53,211 nt of DNA from Octopus bimaculoides (lineage: Eukaryota): the NCBI RefSeq assembly GCF_001194135.2, contig NC_068993.1, positions 59,239,843-59,293,053 on the forward strand. The letters run 5' to 3'. Position 1 is the first letter of the stretch, and each line of letters starts with the position of its first letter. Positions 27,347 through 39,936 of the stretch are shown piece after piece. The notes beneath the pieces are model-generated. The model ran no database searches, was not told where the DNA came from, and was given only the letters and a program-made list of their open reading frames with translations. Both the position numbers and the translations under genes were made by a program.

Positions 27347-27504
27347 GACGGGCTCCACACAGTTTTCGTCGACCATATTCGTTAACAAGGTATTGGTTGA
27401 CCCGGAGCTATAGCTGAAGGCATTTTACCAGGGTAACGCGCAATAGGATTGAACTCAAAACTATGTGGTTGCAAAGCAGGCTTCTTAATTACACACCCAT
27501 GCCT
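27100..27504 (-). mobile_element. SINE family C, inverted relative to 26011-26390
   Basis: Reverse complement aggcatgggtgtgtaattaagaagcctgctttgcaaccacatagttttgagttcaatcc..ctatagctccgggtcaacca..gagcccgtcgtgtatata, then the 3' part. Confidence 0.7.
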
Positions 27505-27939
27505 ATTACAACAGAGATGAAATAAATGAATTTATTCTTTCAGTACTATCTCCATTACTATATGTTGATAGGATCATTTTGCCTATGAAAATACACACAC
27601 TGGATATATTTTACTTTATCATTTACAGTAAAGAAATTAACTAAATAACCGATTAACAAATCAATTGTTCGACCGATCGTCTTATCAATCAGTCAAGTGG
27701 TTTGTCAGTCTTTTCTCCGCCATCTTTGACTTTATCAACGACATATTTTCTTCCCTTCTTTCGAAGTCTTTCATAATACTTTATTCTAATTAGCAATTGT
27801 TTCTGGAGTAGTTTTGTTTAAACACGTTTTGAACGCGTTTCTTACAGTTTAAAAACCTTTGTTTAAACACCTTTGTTTAGAACTTGCTGTTTGAGTTGTT
27901 AACTGTGTCTTCATATTATTGTTTGCTATTGTGTTTATA

Positions 27940-28210
27940 TCCGCTGTATAAGACATGCTGACGTTTCCTGATTGATGTTCCTAGAATGGTTTATTGCGTA
28001 ATTCATTCTGTTTCGATTGCTTTCTCTGCCTCTTATTGAAACAGAGCCGAGGCATATTTGTCTCTGAAGTGTGTACTAAAGCTTTGTTCGAGCTTCATAT
28101 AACATCTCAGAGATTCCGTGTTTCTGTGAATTGGTGATTAAAAAAATCACAGGAATTACAATTTTTATCTGTAGTTCTGTTATCTTGTTTGCTTGTAGAA
28201 TATATTCGCA
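27940..28210 (-). mobile_element. Highly degenerate R4/Dong-like RLE C-terminal fragment
   Basis: Minus-strand pieces KIVIPVI, CLGSVS and TQ*TILGTSIRKRQHVL resemble VIPV.IGALG.V...QK..LGT..I.R.VL. Confidence 0.4.
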
Positions 28211-28332
28211 TATATTAGATAATCAATTTGGGCCTGAATTTTTCCGCTGCGATGATTTCTGGGTCTCCAATATTTCATGTCTGTTGGACCTCTTACGTCA
28301 TCTGCACGAAATATTATGTTCCTATAAGTGCA

Positions 28333-28372
28333 GGAGTGACTGTGTGGCAAGAAGCTTGCTTCCCAACCAGAA
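28333..28372 (+). mobile_element. SINE family C head only
   Basis: gcaggagtgactgtgtggcaagaagcttgcttcccaacca matches 26014-26053. Confidence 0.7.
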
Positions 28373-28563
28373 AATATACATACTGCCTATAGCAGATCCA
28401 AAAGTGCAGCCCGGAGTCGACCGCCCATACTGACCCCCACTATCTACGCTAGTCTTTACACGAATCTCATGTAACCCCACATTCTATTTCTCCTGTTTTG
28501 TCCACAATGTTTTTCTTAATGTAAACCCTTTGTGGTTAATAAAGAAATTATTATTATTTTTGA

Positions 28564-28605
<42 letters not shown>

Positions 28606-29091
28606 ACAGGGTCAACATCGATCCAAGTCATCTGCTTGAGAAGCCAGGAGTTCTCCTGGCAAATTCCAATCACCCCCACCCAATCTTCCTGATATTCCCT
28701 TCAAGTGGATATTTAGACGTGTTGACGTTACAACGACCAACTCGTAAGTGTTACAGCTTGCTACTCCCATTGTTGTTTTTATTGTTATTGTTGTGTATTT
28801 GATGAAATCAAGTCAAGTAATTGACATAATACCGTGCAATCTTCAGTTTTGAGTTCAAACTCTATCAGGACCGGTTTTACGTTTCCTCTTTACGGAGTAC
28901 TGGAGGGCTGGTTCGAACTAAGTGAAAATACATCTCCCCCGCCTAAATTTTGGCAATGAGACTACATTAAAAATCACCATGAGTATCATGTCTGTCATTA
29001 TCCTCATCATCAACTTCATTATTTTTGTAATCACCATCACCACCACCACCATCAGCTGCAACAGTATCAGCGCCATCATCATCATCATTAC

Positions 29092-29096
29092 TGTTG

Positions 29097-29155
<59 letters not shown>

Positions 29156-29182
29156 GTTGTTGTTGTTGTTGTTGTTGTTCTT

Positions 29183-29273
<91 letters not shown>
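29092..29273. repeat. Compound trinucleotide array (GTT)(ATT)n(GTT)n(ATC)n(ATT)n
   Basis: Directly visible. Confidence 0.98.
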
Positions 29274-29274
<1 letters not shown>

Positions 29275-29664
29275 AGTTATTCAGCATTCCGTTGTTGTTC
29301 TGCCGATATTCAATTGCTAGATATCTTAACCAGATATCGATGCCAATTGCCTAAGAGCGGCAGGAGGTGCAGCCAGTTGCATACATTTAGCTTTATTCCA
29401 GTTTATCTGTCATTCATTAGAAGCGATATTAATAGTTGTTCTCCCATACACAATATATTCACAAAAGTGTCGCTGTTCTACAAGAGAACAATATTCTGTT
29501 CATCTTGAAAAGGTACCCTGATAAGAGGCTTGTTTTGTTAACCGTTTCCTTTGTTTACTACTTTCAAAGCTACCACAATAGCAGATATTCCTATTCAAAA
29601 ATCTCAATATTATACTCATCACTTTTATCTATAAATCTACTTATGCTGTGTTTTTATTAATTTT

Positions 29665-30130
29665 AGTTATTATTATCATTATCATTATTCATTATTGTTC
29701 TTTTAAACACACGTTTTATTGGAACTCCGGAGTTTTGCATGCGTAGTATGCTTGCTACTTATAGCTTGCCTTTTTCATGGTATCTGTTCTTTTCAACATT
29801 ATAATACTTTCCTGATTTTTCTGATCGTGCCAAGGAGACAAACCATTTGTAACAGCTCGACTGGCCACTCTAATCCGATTTCTTGATGCCTTCTTATACT
29901 GTACCCAAAGATCCAACAACAATTAGCATTATCTTCACTTCTCCGTTCCCTCTTTGTCTAGCACTGACAGATCACTCTATTCCTTTCATGATTCCAAGGA
30001 CCCTCCTCTTTCGCCGCGTTTCATTGTTCATTCTTCTGTTCCCTTTACTCCCATTGCTTAGTAGACAACTTCAAATCCCATATTTTCTGCCACCACTATA
30101 CTTGCTGCCTTTATTAGTCTATTGTTGTTA
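29665..30130 (-). mobile_element. Internally deleted R4/Dong-like element
   Basis: NRLIKAASIVVAENMG (N-terminal-type motif, ~30070-30125) joined to EVKIMLIVVGSLGTV.../KIGLEWPVELLQMVCLLGTIRKIRKVL* (~29790-29940), then a 3' UTR ending in degenerate TAA/TGA repeats (~29665-29695). Confidence 0.65.
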
Positions 30131-30312
30131 AGGTGGCGAACCGACAGAATCGTTAAGACGCCAGACAAAATGCTTAGCGGTATTTCGCCCGTCTTTACGT
30201 TCTGAGTTCAAATTCCAACGAGGTCGACTTTGCTTTCATCCTTTCAGGATCGATGAATTAAGTACCAGTCAAGCACTAGGGTCGTTTTATGAGTTTAGTA
30301 GAAAGGATTATT
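30131..30312 (+). mobile_element. tRNA-derived SINE family A
   Basis: aggtggcgaaccgacagaatcgttaagacgcc..gagttcaaattcc..gtcgactttgctttcatcc..agtagaaaggattattatt. Confidence 0.9.
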
Positions 30313-30956
30313 ATTATTATTGTTGTTGTCGTCGTCGTCGCCGTCATCATCATCACCAATGCGTTTTGGCGTGAACGTACGTATCTTCAGAGTTCCGAGA
30401 AAACTGAACTGCTACCAAGTTTTACTAGGGAGATGTTTTCTCCCCATCTGAAATATTTTATGAAGTGTGAAAAATGGAACGTCTAACACAATATCTGCAG
30501 TAGACAAAATAGCCTGTCTTTTAGACATTATTTTAGTTTACATCTTTTATTAGCAATTTTCATTATGGTGTCTTCAATTAGCAGAGTAATAAAAAGTGTT
30601 AATAAGAAAGGAAATAACTCGGATGCAAAATAATATGTCAAAATGACTTTTCTGTACACGAAAACGAGTTTAAAATAAGATAAACAGAACTTAAGATATT
30701 AAAAAATGACAATGAATCAAATAATTTTTTTTACAAGATCAGGCACTTATAACTGGGTCCCTGAAAATTTTCGCGACATAAACAAGACACTGGCAACAAA
30801 ACAATAAAGCAAATTTGTAAAGTAATAAAGATACTCATAACATTTCCTTTGCTGACGTCACACACCAAAGAGTAGTTTCAGATATGAATCGAATTCAGTC
30901 AAAGAAAGAGAGGTGTTTGTAATGTGATTCGTTGCAGATAAAGATATGTGAAATTA

Positions 30957-31397
30957 GAGAGGGGTGTAAGGGGAAAGGTAGAAATGGAGGTAAATCATTG
31001 GAAACGAGTCAGAAGGAGGAAAGAGGGAAAGTTAGAGACAATGATGGAGTGCTGTAGAAGAGGGAGATGACGAATGATATATTGTAACATTCTAGATTTT
31101 AAGGGCTTTTGAAGTTCGTTTAGACGATTAAAGGAGGGTAAAATATAGGAAAACTATTAAATCCAGGAAGTAAATAAAGCAAAAACATATTAATAAAGAA
31201 ATTCTGTCTAAAGGTAATATTTATAACTAGGATTCTGCATTGCTAAATAAACTTCAGTGATTCCCTGCAGATAATCTGGCTTACATCAGTCTACAAAAGA
31301 TTACTTTCTATTTGACAAGATGAATTAAAGAGAAATATTTCAGCGATAAAATATAACGCAACCAATGAATATATTCTTCGAAAGGAAATTATCATCA
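30957..31397 (+). repeat. Direct repeat copy 1 (~440 bp)
   Basis: Aligns with 33571-33980; the core 31215-31357 differs from 33801-33943 at only 2 of 143 positions. Confidence 0.95.
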
Positions 31398-32131
31398 TCA
31401 TATTAAAAGACATAAAATGCAAGGAAAAAAATATATATCATATANNNNNNNNNNNNNNNNNNNNNNNNNNNNNNNNNNNNNNNNNNNNNNNNNNNNNNNN
31501 NNNNNNTATATATATATATATATATGCATTTTAAATTTATGCGTATTGAAAAATAGATAACTCGACATTGAAGTCAAAGGTGAAAAATCAGGTAATGGTG
31601 AATTGGGATTTTATATAATAAAAGATAACGATAAAATAATTATACAGATAATCTTTATGATAATTAGGTTGAAAAAGATAGAGAATAAAATTCATCGATC
31701 CTAAAGATGTGTATAGAGATATAAATTGTTAAATAATTATCTGAAAATTGAAGTATGAGAGAGAGATCTTTAATAAATGAAAAATAATTATGAGGTAATA
31801 ATGGGTGGAAGAGAAAAAGAAAAATCAAGAAGATAGACAAGGTAATGAACTGAAAAACAAAATGATAGACAAATGTAAACAAAGACTAGAGAATTTTTAG
31901 GACTAGAAGGAATGTTGTAAGATTCAAGAGGCTTCCTGGAGCTAGTAAAAATAACATGTTGCATAAAAGGGAACAAATAACCGAGGAAATGAGCGTTTAC
32001 CGATAAAAATATCAATAAAACTACTTTCAGATGTAATGAAATTTATTTGAAAAGAGATATAACAAAAAATTGTTTGAATGGAGGATAAGAAAGAGAGATA
32101 GAAAGAAGTAAATGGAAGAAAGTAGACAGGT

Positions 32132-32237
<106 letters not shown>

Positions 32238-33348
32238 TAGAGAGAGACTAACAGACAGACAGATTTGGGAGCAAATGAAAGGGAAACTTTGAAGGAAAAA
32301 GGGATGCTACTCTACGAGTCGTTTTAAATGACAGAAATTCTATTGGACGATACAATAAAATATGTTAAAGGTGAAAGTCTAAAAATAAGAAAACTAACAT
32401 ATTACTAGAAATAATGCGTTGAAATGTAAGGTGGACATACTTCAATTCTAGTTAGTTAAAAGGGAAAACAAATCATTAAAGTAACAAATTATTGCCTATA
32501 ATGAAATAGCTGCCTGCGGAATATCATTTTGCTAGTAGGAAAAAGAGACTGCTGCACTAGAATTTAGTACAAATTAACAAACCAGGAAATAAATACTTGA
32601 AAGGAAATTAGCAGAATAAACACGATCTAGAAAAAAGATTGTAAGGTTTTTGAATAAAAATAGTATAATGTTTTACGTACAAAAGTGTAGGAAACTCTTC
32701 CCATAGTTTAAAAGTTAATATACCGCAAAACAAAGATTAAGCAAAAAGCATGAAAACGCAAATGAGGAAGTGTGATGGGTTTAAGTGCGTACTAAAAGTA
32801 ATGATTCAAAGTTGAAGGCGATATTTTCAATGTAGAAAAATCTTCTCATTAAAATCAATTTTGGTCAGGCACTCTCGTAGTAAAGTGCTGCTTCATTAAA
32901 TATTTGCCTGTTGGCAGAGAGTTTTGAGATAGAAAGCAAAATGTTCTTAAAGAAATTATAATATTCTTGTGGTCGATAGATAGTTTATGAATTTAGTTTA
33001 ATAATTTGTTCGATTTGATAAAAGGGCGTCTTAGGGAAGCGAAAAGTCAGTTTTGTGTGGCTTGATTTCAGTAGTTGCTAATAGTCTGAATTCTTTTAAG
33101 AATAAATGTCTTTTCTAATTCTTTTATTCTGCCATAGTTTGAAATTAAAGAACTATAGCAGAACGTTTTCTCAAGAAAGACCACTTTCTAAGAATATTAA
33201 CTTGGATTTAAGACGGTAAATAATTTCATTCTGTCAAAATTTACTTTTCCAGTACAATTTTATTGCATTGCTTCAGATTACTTATGTTACGGATGATAGT
33301 GTTTAGAGATGCGTTTGTGTGTATGTGTGCGTGTAACTGTTGGTGTAC

Positions 33349-33452
<104 letters not shown>

Positions 33453-33570
33453 CAGAGTGTGTGTGTGCGTGTGTGTTTGTGTTTGTGTTTGTGTGTGTGT
33501 GTTTGTGTTTGTGTGTGTGTGTTTGTGTTTATGTGTGTGTACGTATATTTGCTTGTATGATGCATGGTAA

Positions 33571-33980
33571 AGAGGAATGTAAGAGGAGAGGAAGAAATGG
33601 AGGTAAATCTGGAAAGGTATCAGAAGGAGAAAGGAGGGAAAGTTAGAGGTAATGGTGATGTACTGTGGAAGAGGGAGGTGACGAGTGATATACTATAACG
33701 CATATTAGATTTCAAGGGCTTTTGAAGTTCGTTTACACGATTAAAGGAAGGTAAAATATAGGGAAACTATTAAAACCAGGAAATAAAGAAATCCTGTCTG
33801 TAATATTTATAACTAGGATTCTGCATTGCCAAATAAACTTCAGTGATTCCCTGCAGATAATCTGGCTTACATCAGTCTATAAAAGATTACTTTCTATTTG
33901 ACAAGATGAATTAAAGAGAAATATTTCAGCGATAAAATATAACACAACGAATTAATATATTCTTCGAAAGGAAATCATCA
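33571..33980 (+). repeat. Direct repeat copy 2 (~410 bp)
   Basis: Aligns with 30957-31397; the 5' purine-rich part has many substitutions and indels while the 3' core is nearly identical. Confidence 0.95.
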
Positions 33981-34399
33981 GCGACTAATCCAGTAACACC
34001 ACCAAGCCTGTTTGGCGAGTAGGGTGGTTTCTGAGCCTTTTGCGGGATGAAAAGCAGGTCATACCAAACAGTAGATGGGCTTAGGATAGTTAAGGGTCTT
34101 GTCTAAGGACTTAGAAAGTTTGGTTTAGTACTCAGTTGCACATTTGGTCGACCAGGACGAGTTGCATTTTTAGCTGTAGCGAAAGCAACTAACCCATGAA
34201 ATGGAGAACTCGAGTTGAAAAGCCTAAGATATGTTTATCATTGAGTTTGTGGCAAACATTTGCGCCGCTCTCTGCCATCAATGCTTCTAAAAAGTGTGCA
34301 GACCCTTCATAAGACCTCATCACTGGAAACTAATCCTTTGTGTGGGCGGTATAACACTGGATGTGGGACCCTCATACATGGAAACCGAGAACCTATTAT

Positions 34400-34446
<47 letters not shown>

Positions 34447-35430
34447 NNNNNNNNNNNNNNNNNNNNNNNNNNNNNNNNNNNNNNNNNNNNNNNNNNNNNN
34501 NNNNNNNNNNNNATATATGCGGAAGCGTACGTTTGTGTATATTATGTTTGACTTACAAACACATACTTGAAAGGTTTGCCACATCGCTTTAAGTATGGTA
34601 AAAAATAGGATTCATTTATATTTGTTGTGGTTAGGCTGTTATTTCAAAGCGGAAATTACATCAGTCCGCTGGTACACATTAGCTGGAAAATGAAGTATGT
34701 CTACACAAGTTAAATTCCTGTTCATTATAATATTAATATATATGCTTGTGTGTATGTGTGTGTCTGTGTGTGTGTGTGTGTGTGTGTATGTGTGTGTGTG
34801 TGTGTGTGTGTGTTTGCATGCTTGAGAATATATTTTCATATATATATGAATGTATACATATATATGCATATGACTTTATGTAAAGCGAGAAAGAGGAAGT
34901 GGTGCTTATAAATAGTTTCCAGACAAAAAGTGTATTCAATATTTTAAAACCACCATATCCTCGTTTATAAAAGAGAGAAGCGAGTGAAAGATAGAAGAAA
35001 AGAAATAGAGAAAGTGAAAAGATAAATGATGGAATTGCATTATTTCAGCAGCTATTCTGCACGCATTTCGTTCAAACCAACGCAAACAGTAAAACATATT
35101 TACTTTTCTCGTGTATAGATTTGTAAACAGACTGACTGATTTACAGATATACTATGTTCTTTGATGCAGTACCATTTATTGACTGCACAAATGTAAAATA
35201 TAACGCACACGCTACTCTGTTTTATTAGCATGAATTAATACAATTGTTTTGATTTTCTTTCGATTTATTTTTCGCATAAAAAAAAACTAACACTATAATC
35301 TGTACACATTAATCTTTAGAATGGTATATTTTCAAACCAACACGCTCTCCAGTTGTCTTCCATTAAATATTTCGTCTGTCTACATACAATGTATAACAAT
35401 ATATTTAAGTACTAATATATATATATATAT

Positions 35431-35925
35431 TTGGTTGTCCGGAAAGTTCTCAGCGTTTTTAAGCTAAATCTTTTGACGTTTCATTAAATACACCTGAAAC
35501 GTATCACAATTTAAACTTTGGCACTGCTTAAAATGATAGTGCATATCTTCTTTGTTCCTGACTAAAAATAGATTTATCTTTCATTCTGGTTACTCTTTAT
35601 TGAAATTGATACCCAAAAATTTCGTATTCGCGTTGTAATGCTTTTCGTTTAAAAAAAAAAGGAGAAAATGCTGCAAAAGCTTGCAGAAACATTTGTAAAT
35701 ATGATCATGATGCTGTAGATGAATCAACTGTTTAAAGCTGGAGCGTTTAGCTGGGAAGATGACAATCGCAGTGGAAGACCTTCCAAAGTGGATGAAGATA
35801 TTTTGAGGCAAACATCGTAGAAAACTCAAATATCGATTAGAAAACTTGCAGAATAGTAGGAAGTTTCTAAAACTACGGGTCATAAACACCTAGTGAAGCT
35901 AGGATTATCTATGCCAAAAAAGCTA
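35431..35925 (+). mobile_element. Mariner 5' remnant (left TIR and degenerate transposase N-terminus)
   Basis: After a (TA)n run, TIR-like ttggttgtccggaaagttc; from ~35599 EIDTQKFRIRVVMLF/KKGENAAKACRNICKYDHDAVDESTV/FKAGAFSWEDDNRSGRPSKVDEDIL...EVSKTTGHKHLVKLG, the mariner HTH region with the RSGRP motif; contains frameshifts and stops. Confidence 0.85.
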
Positions 35926-36931
35926 TGATTTGTGTTTACTGCGATCGATGTAACTGAATAGAGCGTGGAACAAATTACTTTGTACAATATTAAGTTAGAT
36001 CTTTCTTCGATCGGGATTCGCACTAAAAAGATTGGATTTCGTCTTCAAACGTTTGAGGATAAGTTCAATAAATGCTACAAGTTATGTAGTTAGGGCCCAT
36101 TGAAACTAACGGCTCCTGTTCGCTTATATACTTGTTTTTTGGTGCCAAAGGAATTCAATTTATCTTCGCTGTCATCATTACTATTATAATTGGAAACGAG
36201 CTGAAGAGACAGCGGTAGATTATCAGCAGATTAGAAGTCGGAGAAATGATTGACAGGATTTCGTTTAGTTCTATGATTTGAGATTATATCCCGCTGAGAC
36301 CAACTTCGCCTTCCATCTTATCAGACTCCATAAAATATAGCACAAGTCGAGTCGATGGTATTACCTTATCCCTCCCCTTAAAATTGCTGCCCTTGTGCAA
36401 CGAACCGAGAGAGAGAGACAGAGAGACAGACATGGAGGAAGGGAGAGCGAGAGGGCATCTAATGCTATCACTCGATCTGCTATAACTACCAGTCAAACTC
36501 CAACAATTATTCACTAGCGTTTTAATGAAGAACACTATATTAGATATTCTAGTCCAAGATCACTCCTAAAAAATTATCATCATTATCATCGATATAATTA
36601 ATATCATTTTCATCATTATCATTATTCGCTCCATTAGCACCAACATCATAATCAACACTATCGTTTTCATCATCATCGCCATCATCATCTCCGCCACCCC
36701 CATCATCATCGTCACACCCACTATCACTACCAGTATCATCATCAACAACATGACTACCGTTATCCTACTATCAGAACCAACTTTATTATTATCATCAGCA
36801 TAAACATCATCATCATCATCATCATCATCTTCATCATCAGTGACTCTGTGAACTTCTTTTAATATTTCTTTATATTTTCAAGATTTTCCATACTGTATAA
36901 TTCCTGTTTCATACTTAATGGAGATGAAAGA

Positions 36932-36935
<4 letters not shown>

Positions 36936-37023
<88 letters not shown>

Positions 37024-37038
37024 TAATAATAATAATAA
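36936..37038. repeat. (TAA)n array
   Basis: Directly visible. Confidence 0.98.
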
Positions 37039-38404
37039 AACGTTAGCCATTACCATGAAACTAAAATTGCTACACCCTTCCTCACCACTCACGTAATATT
37101 AGAATGGTTCTTGGAGAATATNNNNNNNNNNNNNNNNNNNNNNNNNNNNNNNNNNNNNNNNNNNNNNNNNNNNNNNNNNNNNNNNNNNNNNNNNNNNNNN
37201 NNNNNNNNNNNNNNNNNNNNNNNNNNNNNNNNNNNNNNNNNNNNNNNNNNNNNNNNNNNNNNNNNNNNNNNNNNNNNNNNNNNNNNNNNNNNNNNNNNNN
37301 NNNNNNNNNNNNNNNNNNNNNNNNNNNNNNNNNNNNNNNNNNNNNNNNNNNNNNNNNNNNNNNNNNNNNNNNNNNNNNNNNNNNNNNNNNNNNNNNNNNN
37401 NNNNNNNNNNNNNNNNNNNNNNNNNNNNNNNNNNNNNNNNNNNNNNNNNNNNNNNNNNNNNNNNNNNNNNNNNNNNNNNNNNNNNNNNNNNNNNNNNNNN
37501 NNNNNNNNNNNNNNNNNNNNNNNNNNNNNNNNNNNNNNNNNNNNNNNNNNNNNNNNNNNNNNNNNNNNNNNNNNNNNNNNNNNNNNNNNNNNNNNNNNNN
37601 NNNNNNNNNNNNNNNNNNNTATATATATATGCCTCTGTGTAGGGGCTTACGTATGTGTGTTAGAGTACATGTATTTGTGTATGCGATTTTAAAAAGATGA
37701 TTTTACTGTTTCCATGACAACTATCTATTCGATCAAACGAAGAAGAGATGGAATAAATATAATTTATTTTAGTTCTAACTTAACATACGCACACACACAC
37801 ACACATACACACATGCACACAGAGAAACACTCACACACATACATGCAGACACACTCACTTGCACGCGCAAGAACACACGTAGATATGTTTGTATCCGTGT
37901 AGGTGTGTGTGTATACATACACACAAACACATATATATATGCATATATTCATATATTATATATATGGTACATGTATACATGTGCACGCGCGAGTATTGCT
38001 ATTATATTTAAATGATATAATCAGGGGAGGGCCAGTGCCCATGACCTTTGTAGGTTTTACTCAGATATTTCAATCGCTGCCCCTTGATGCTTAGTTTGAT
38101 CAACCATGGATCGATGCCGTAGTAAACTATATGGGCTGCTGGGAAATCCGGATCATCTACAATGCCCTACATGAATTAGGCGCAATATCGAATACAGCGT
38201 TTGCAGAATGAAAAACAAGACGATGAGTGAAATCCGTTTTCTCTCGCTTCGCAAACCATCCTTGTTGTTATGATTTCTTTATCGCTCTTTTTTTTAGATT
38301 TTGTTTCTTCTATCTCAGAGACTACAATTTTCTAGAACTGCAATCTCCTCCACCTCACTGTTTCTCTTGCTTCTGACGATTTCTCAGTATTTGTCTTAAT
38401 ATTT

Positions 38405-38610
38405 GGCGGCGAGCAGATAGAATCGTTACCGCGCCGGACTAAGTGCTTGTCAGCATTTCGTCCGTCTTCCCATTATGAGTTCAAACTCCGTCGAGGTCAA
38501 CTTTGCCTTTCATCCATTTCGGGGTCGATAAAATAAGTACCAGTTATGCACTGGAGTTGATTTAATCGACTTGGTCCCTCCCCTAAAATAAAGTTTGAAA
38601 CCAATATTTG
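38405..38610 (+). mobile_element. tRNA-derived SINE family A
   Basis: ggcggcgagcagatagaatcgtta..gagttcaaactcc..cggggtcgataaaataagtaccag..tttgaaaccaatatt. Confidence 0.85.
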
Positions 38611-38919
38611 TCTGGACTGACTGAAAATGACGGGTGCTTTTAGGGTCCCACTGTAATCGTAGAATTTTCTGTTGTCTTTCTTCTTTAGCCCCCAGCTTCA
38701 CGGTCTTGATTGAGCTGACCTATGATGAACAATGTCCCAGGCATGATCATCCTTTCCCCTCCATCATTTTCGGGGTGTTGTGTATAAGGGACATATAACG
38801 TGAAATTATTGTGTTAACAAAGATGCAGCGTTAGAGTGAAAACCTTCGATTAAACATGACGACTTGTATTAATTCGTTGTATTTGTTATCTTAATTTGTT
38901 TTTCTTCTTTCCGTTTCAG

Positions 38920-39936
38920 ACAATGCATAGCTGGATTGCAGCTTCAATGTCACCATCTCATAGCAGACGACGGGAGAAGGACATTAAACGTCATAACCAT
39001 CATCATACCGGTGTACGTGAAAAGCCCCACGGGGCCGAAAGCCTCGATCCCGAACTGCTGTGTAAAATCCTACATACTAATATCAGCAAGGACAACCATA
39101 AAGAGCATGGCAGACCCAGTTCTCTATTGTCCCCAAGTTACAATACCCTATCAAAATCTTGCGACGATATGACCAAATGCGATGACAGCCCACAACCAGT
39201 TGAAACTATTATCCATGATAAGAAATATATTGGTTTGGTGCCGGCCGCTTATGTAAATCGAAGCAAGTCACATAACGATATCATTATCCAGCGACGGCTT
39301 GTTACCCCAAAAGATTCGAAATCCGCTTCCCCAACACCATTACCTTCGGCCTATATGGAAGAACGTTACGTGATTCGCATCCGAAAAGGACCGCACCATT
39401 CACACAAAATGCATAAATCTCATTCGGGTTATCTGAAACCTAAGAGTGAGCTTTCCCGATCCTATAGTGCGCATAACTTAACTGGGTCTCATTCGAAACC
39501 CAAACAGCGACACGAGATTATCACAACATTTGGTTTGTCCCCAGATTCACCGCCATCAAGTCAAGAAATCTCACCAGAGACAAGCACTGAAAGACAAACA
39601 CCAACAGATAACCAAGACTCAAGCAGTCATGTTGAGAGAACTCCGTCCGAAGAGCATGACGAGCAGAACAACCACAGAAATAACAATAATAACAACACCA
39701 ATAACAACAACAGAGAAAGTCATCACGGAAAAAATAGTCTACACCACAAACTTTTCCTGAACTTACCAGTTCCAGAGAGAAGGCATAGTTATGTCGGCGG
39801 ACAAACGGTTTACAGTGCCAAATCGAAATCACCAACGGCTAAAAAATCAGAAAGCGGTCATTCTCTGTTGAGCGTGGAAACTATAAAAGCTCTTGTCACT
39901 CCTCATGGCAAGAAACACCACAGAGATATGAAATAA
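38920..39936 (+). CDS. Stop-containing coding exon; His/Ser/Lys-rich, probably disordered protein (337 aa if ATG 38923 is the start, otherwise the C-terminal exon of a larger protein)
   Basis: Uninterrupted ~340-codon frame in AT-rich DNA that is not built from a microsatellite. Preceded by a pyrimidine tract and acceptor (tttcttctttccgtttcag, AG at 38918-38919). In-frame ATG at 38923 has A at -3; TAA at 39934-39936. No recognisable domain. Confidence 0.85.
   Translation, partial: TMHSWIAASMSPSHSRRREKDIKRHNHHHTGVREKPHGAESLDPELLCKILHTNISKDNHKEHGRPSSLLSPSYNTLSKSCDDMTKCDDSPQPVETIIHDKKYIGLVPAAYVNRSKSHNDIIIQRRLVTPKDSKSASPTPLPSAYMEERYVIRIRKGPHHSHKMHKSHSGYLKPKSELSRSYSAHNLTGSHSKPKQRHEIITTFGLSPDSPPSSQEISPETSTERQTPTDNQDSSSHVERTPSEEHDEQNNHRNNNNNNTNNNNRESHHGKNSLHHKLFLNLPVPERRHSYVGGQTVYSAKSKSPTAKKSESGHSLLSVETIKALVTPHGKKHHRDMK

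Noticed and set aside
28918-29354. Poly-M/I/N/D/L/S ORFs on both strands
   Set aside because: Compound trinucleotide microsatellite; no splice or codon evidence.
31270-31300. Resemblance of the duplicated core to a known miRNA or C/D snoRNA
   Set aside because: No exact mature miRNA match that I recognise, and the TGATG..CTGA spacing (~40 nt) is too short for a C/D snoRNA.
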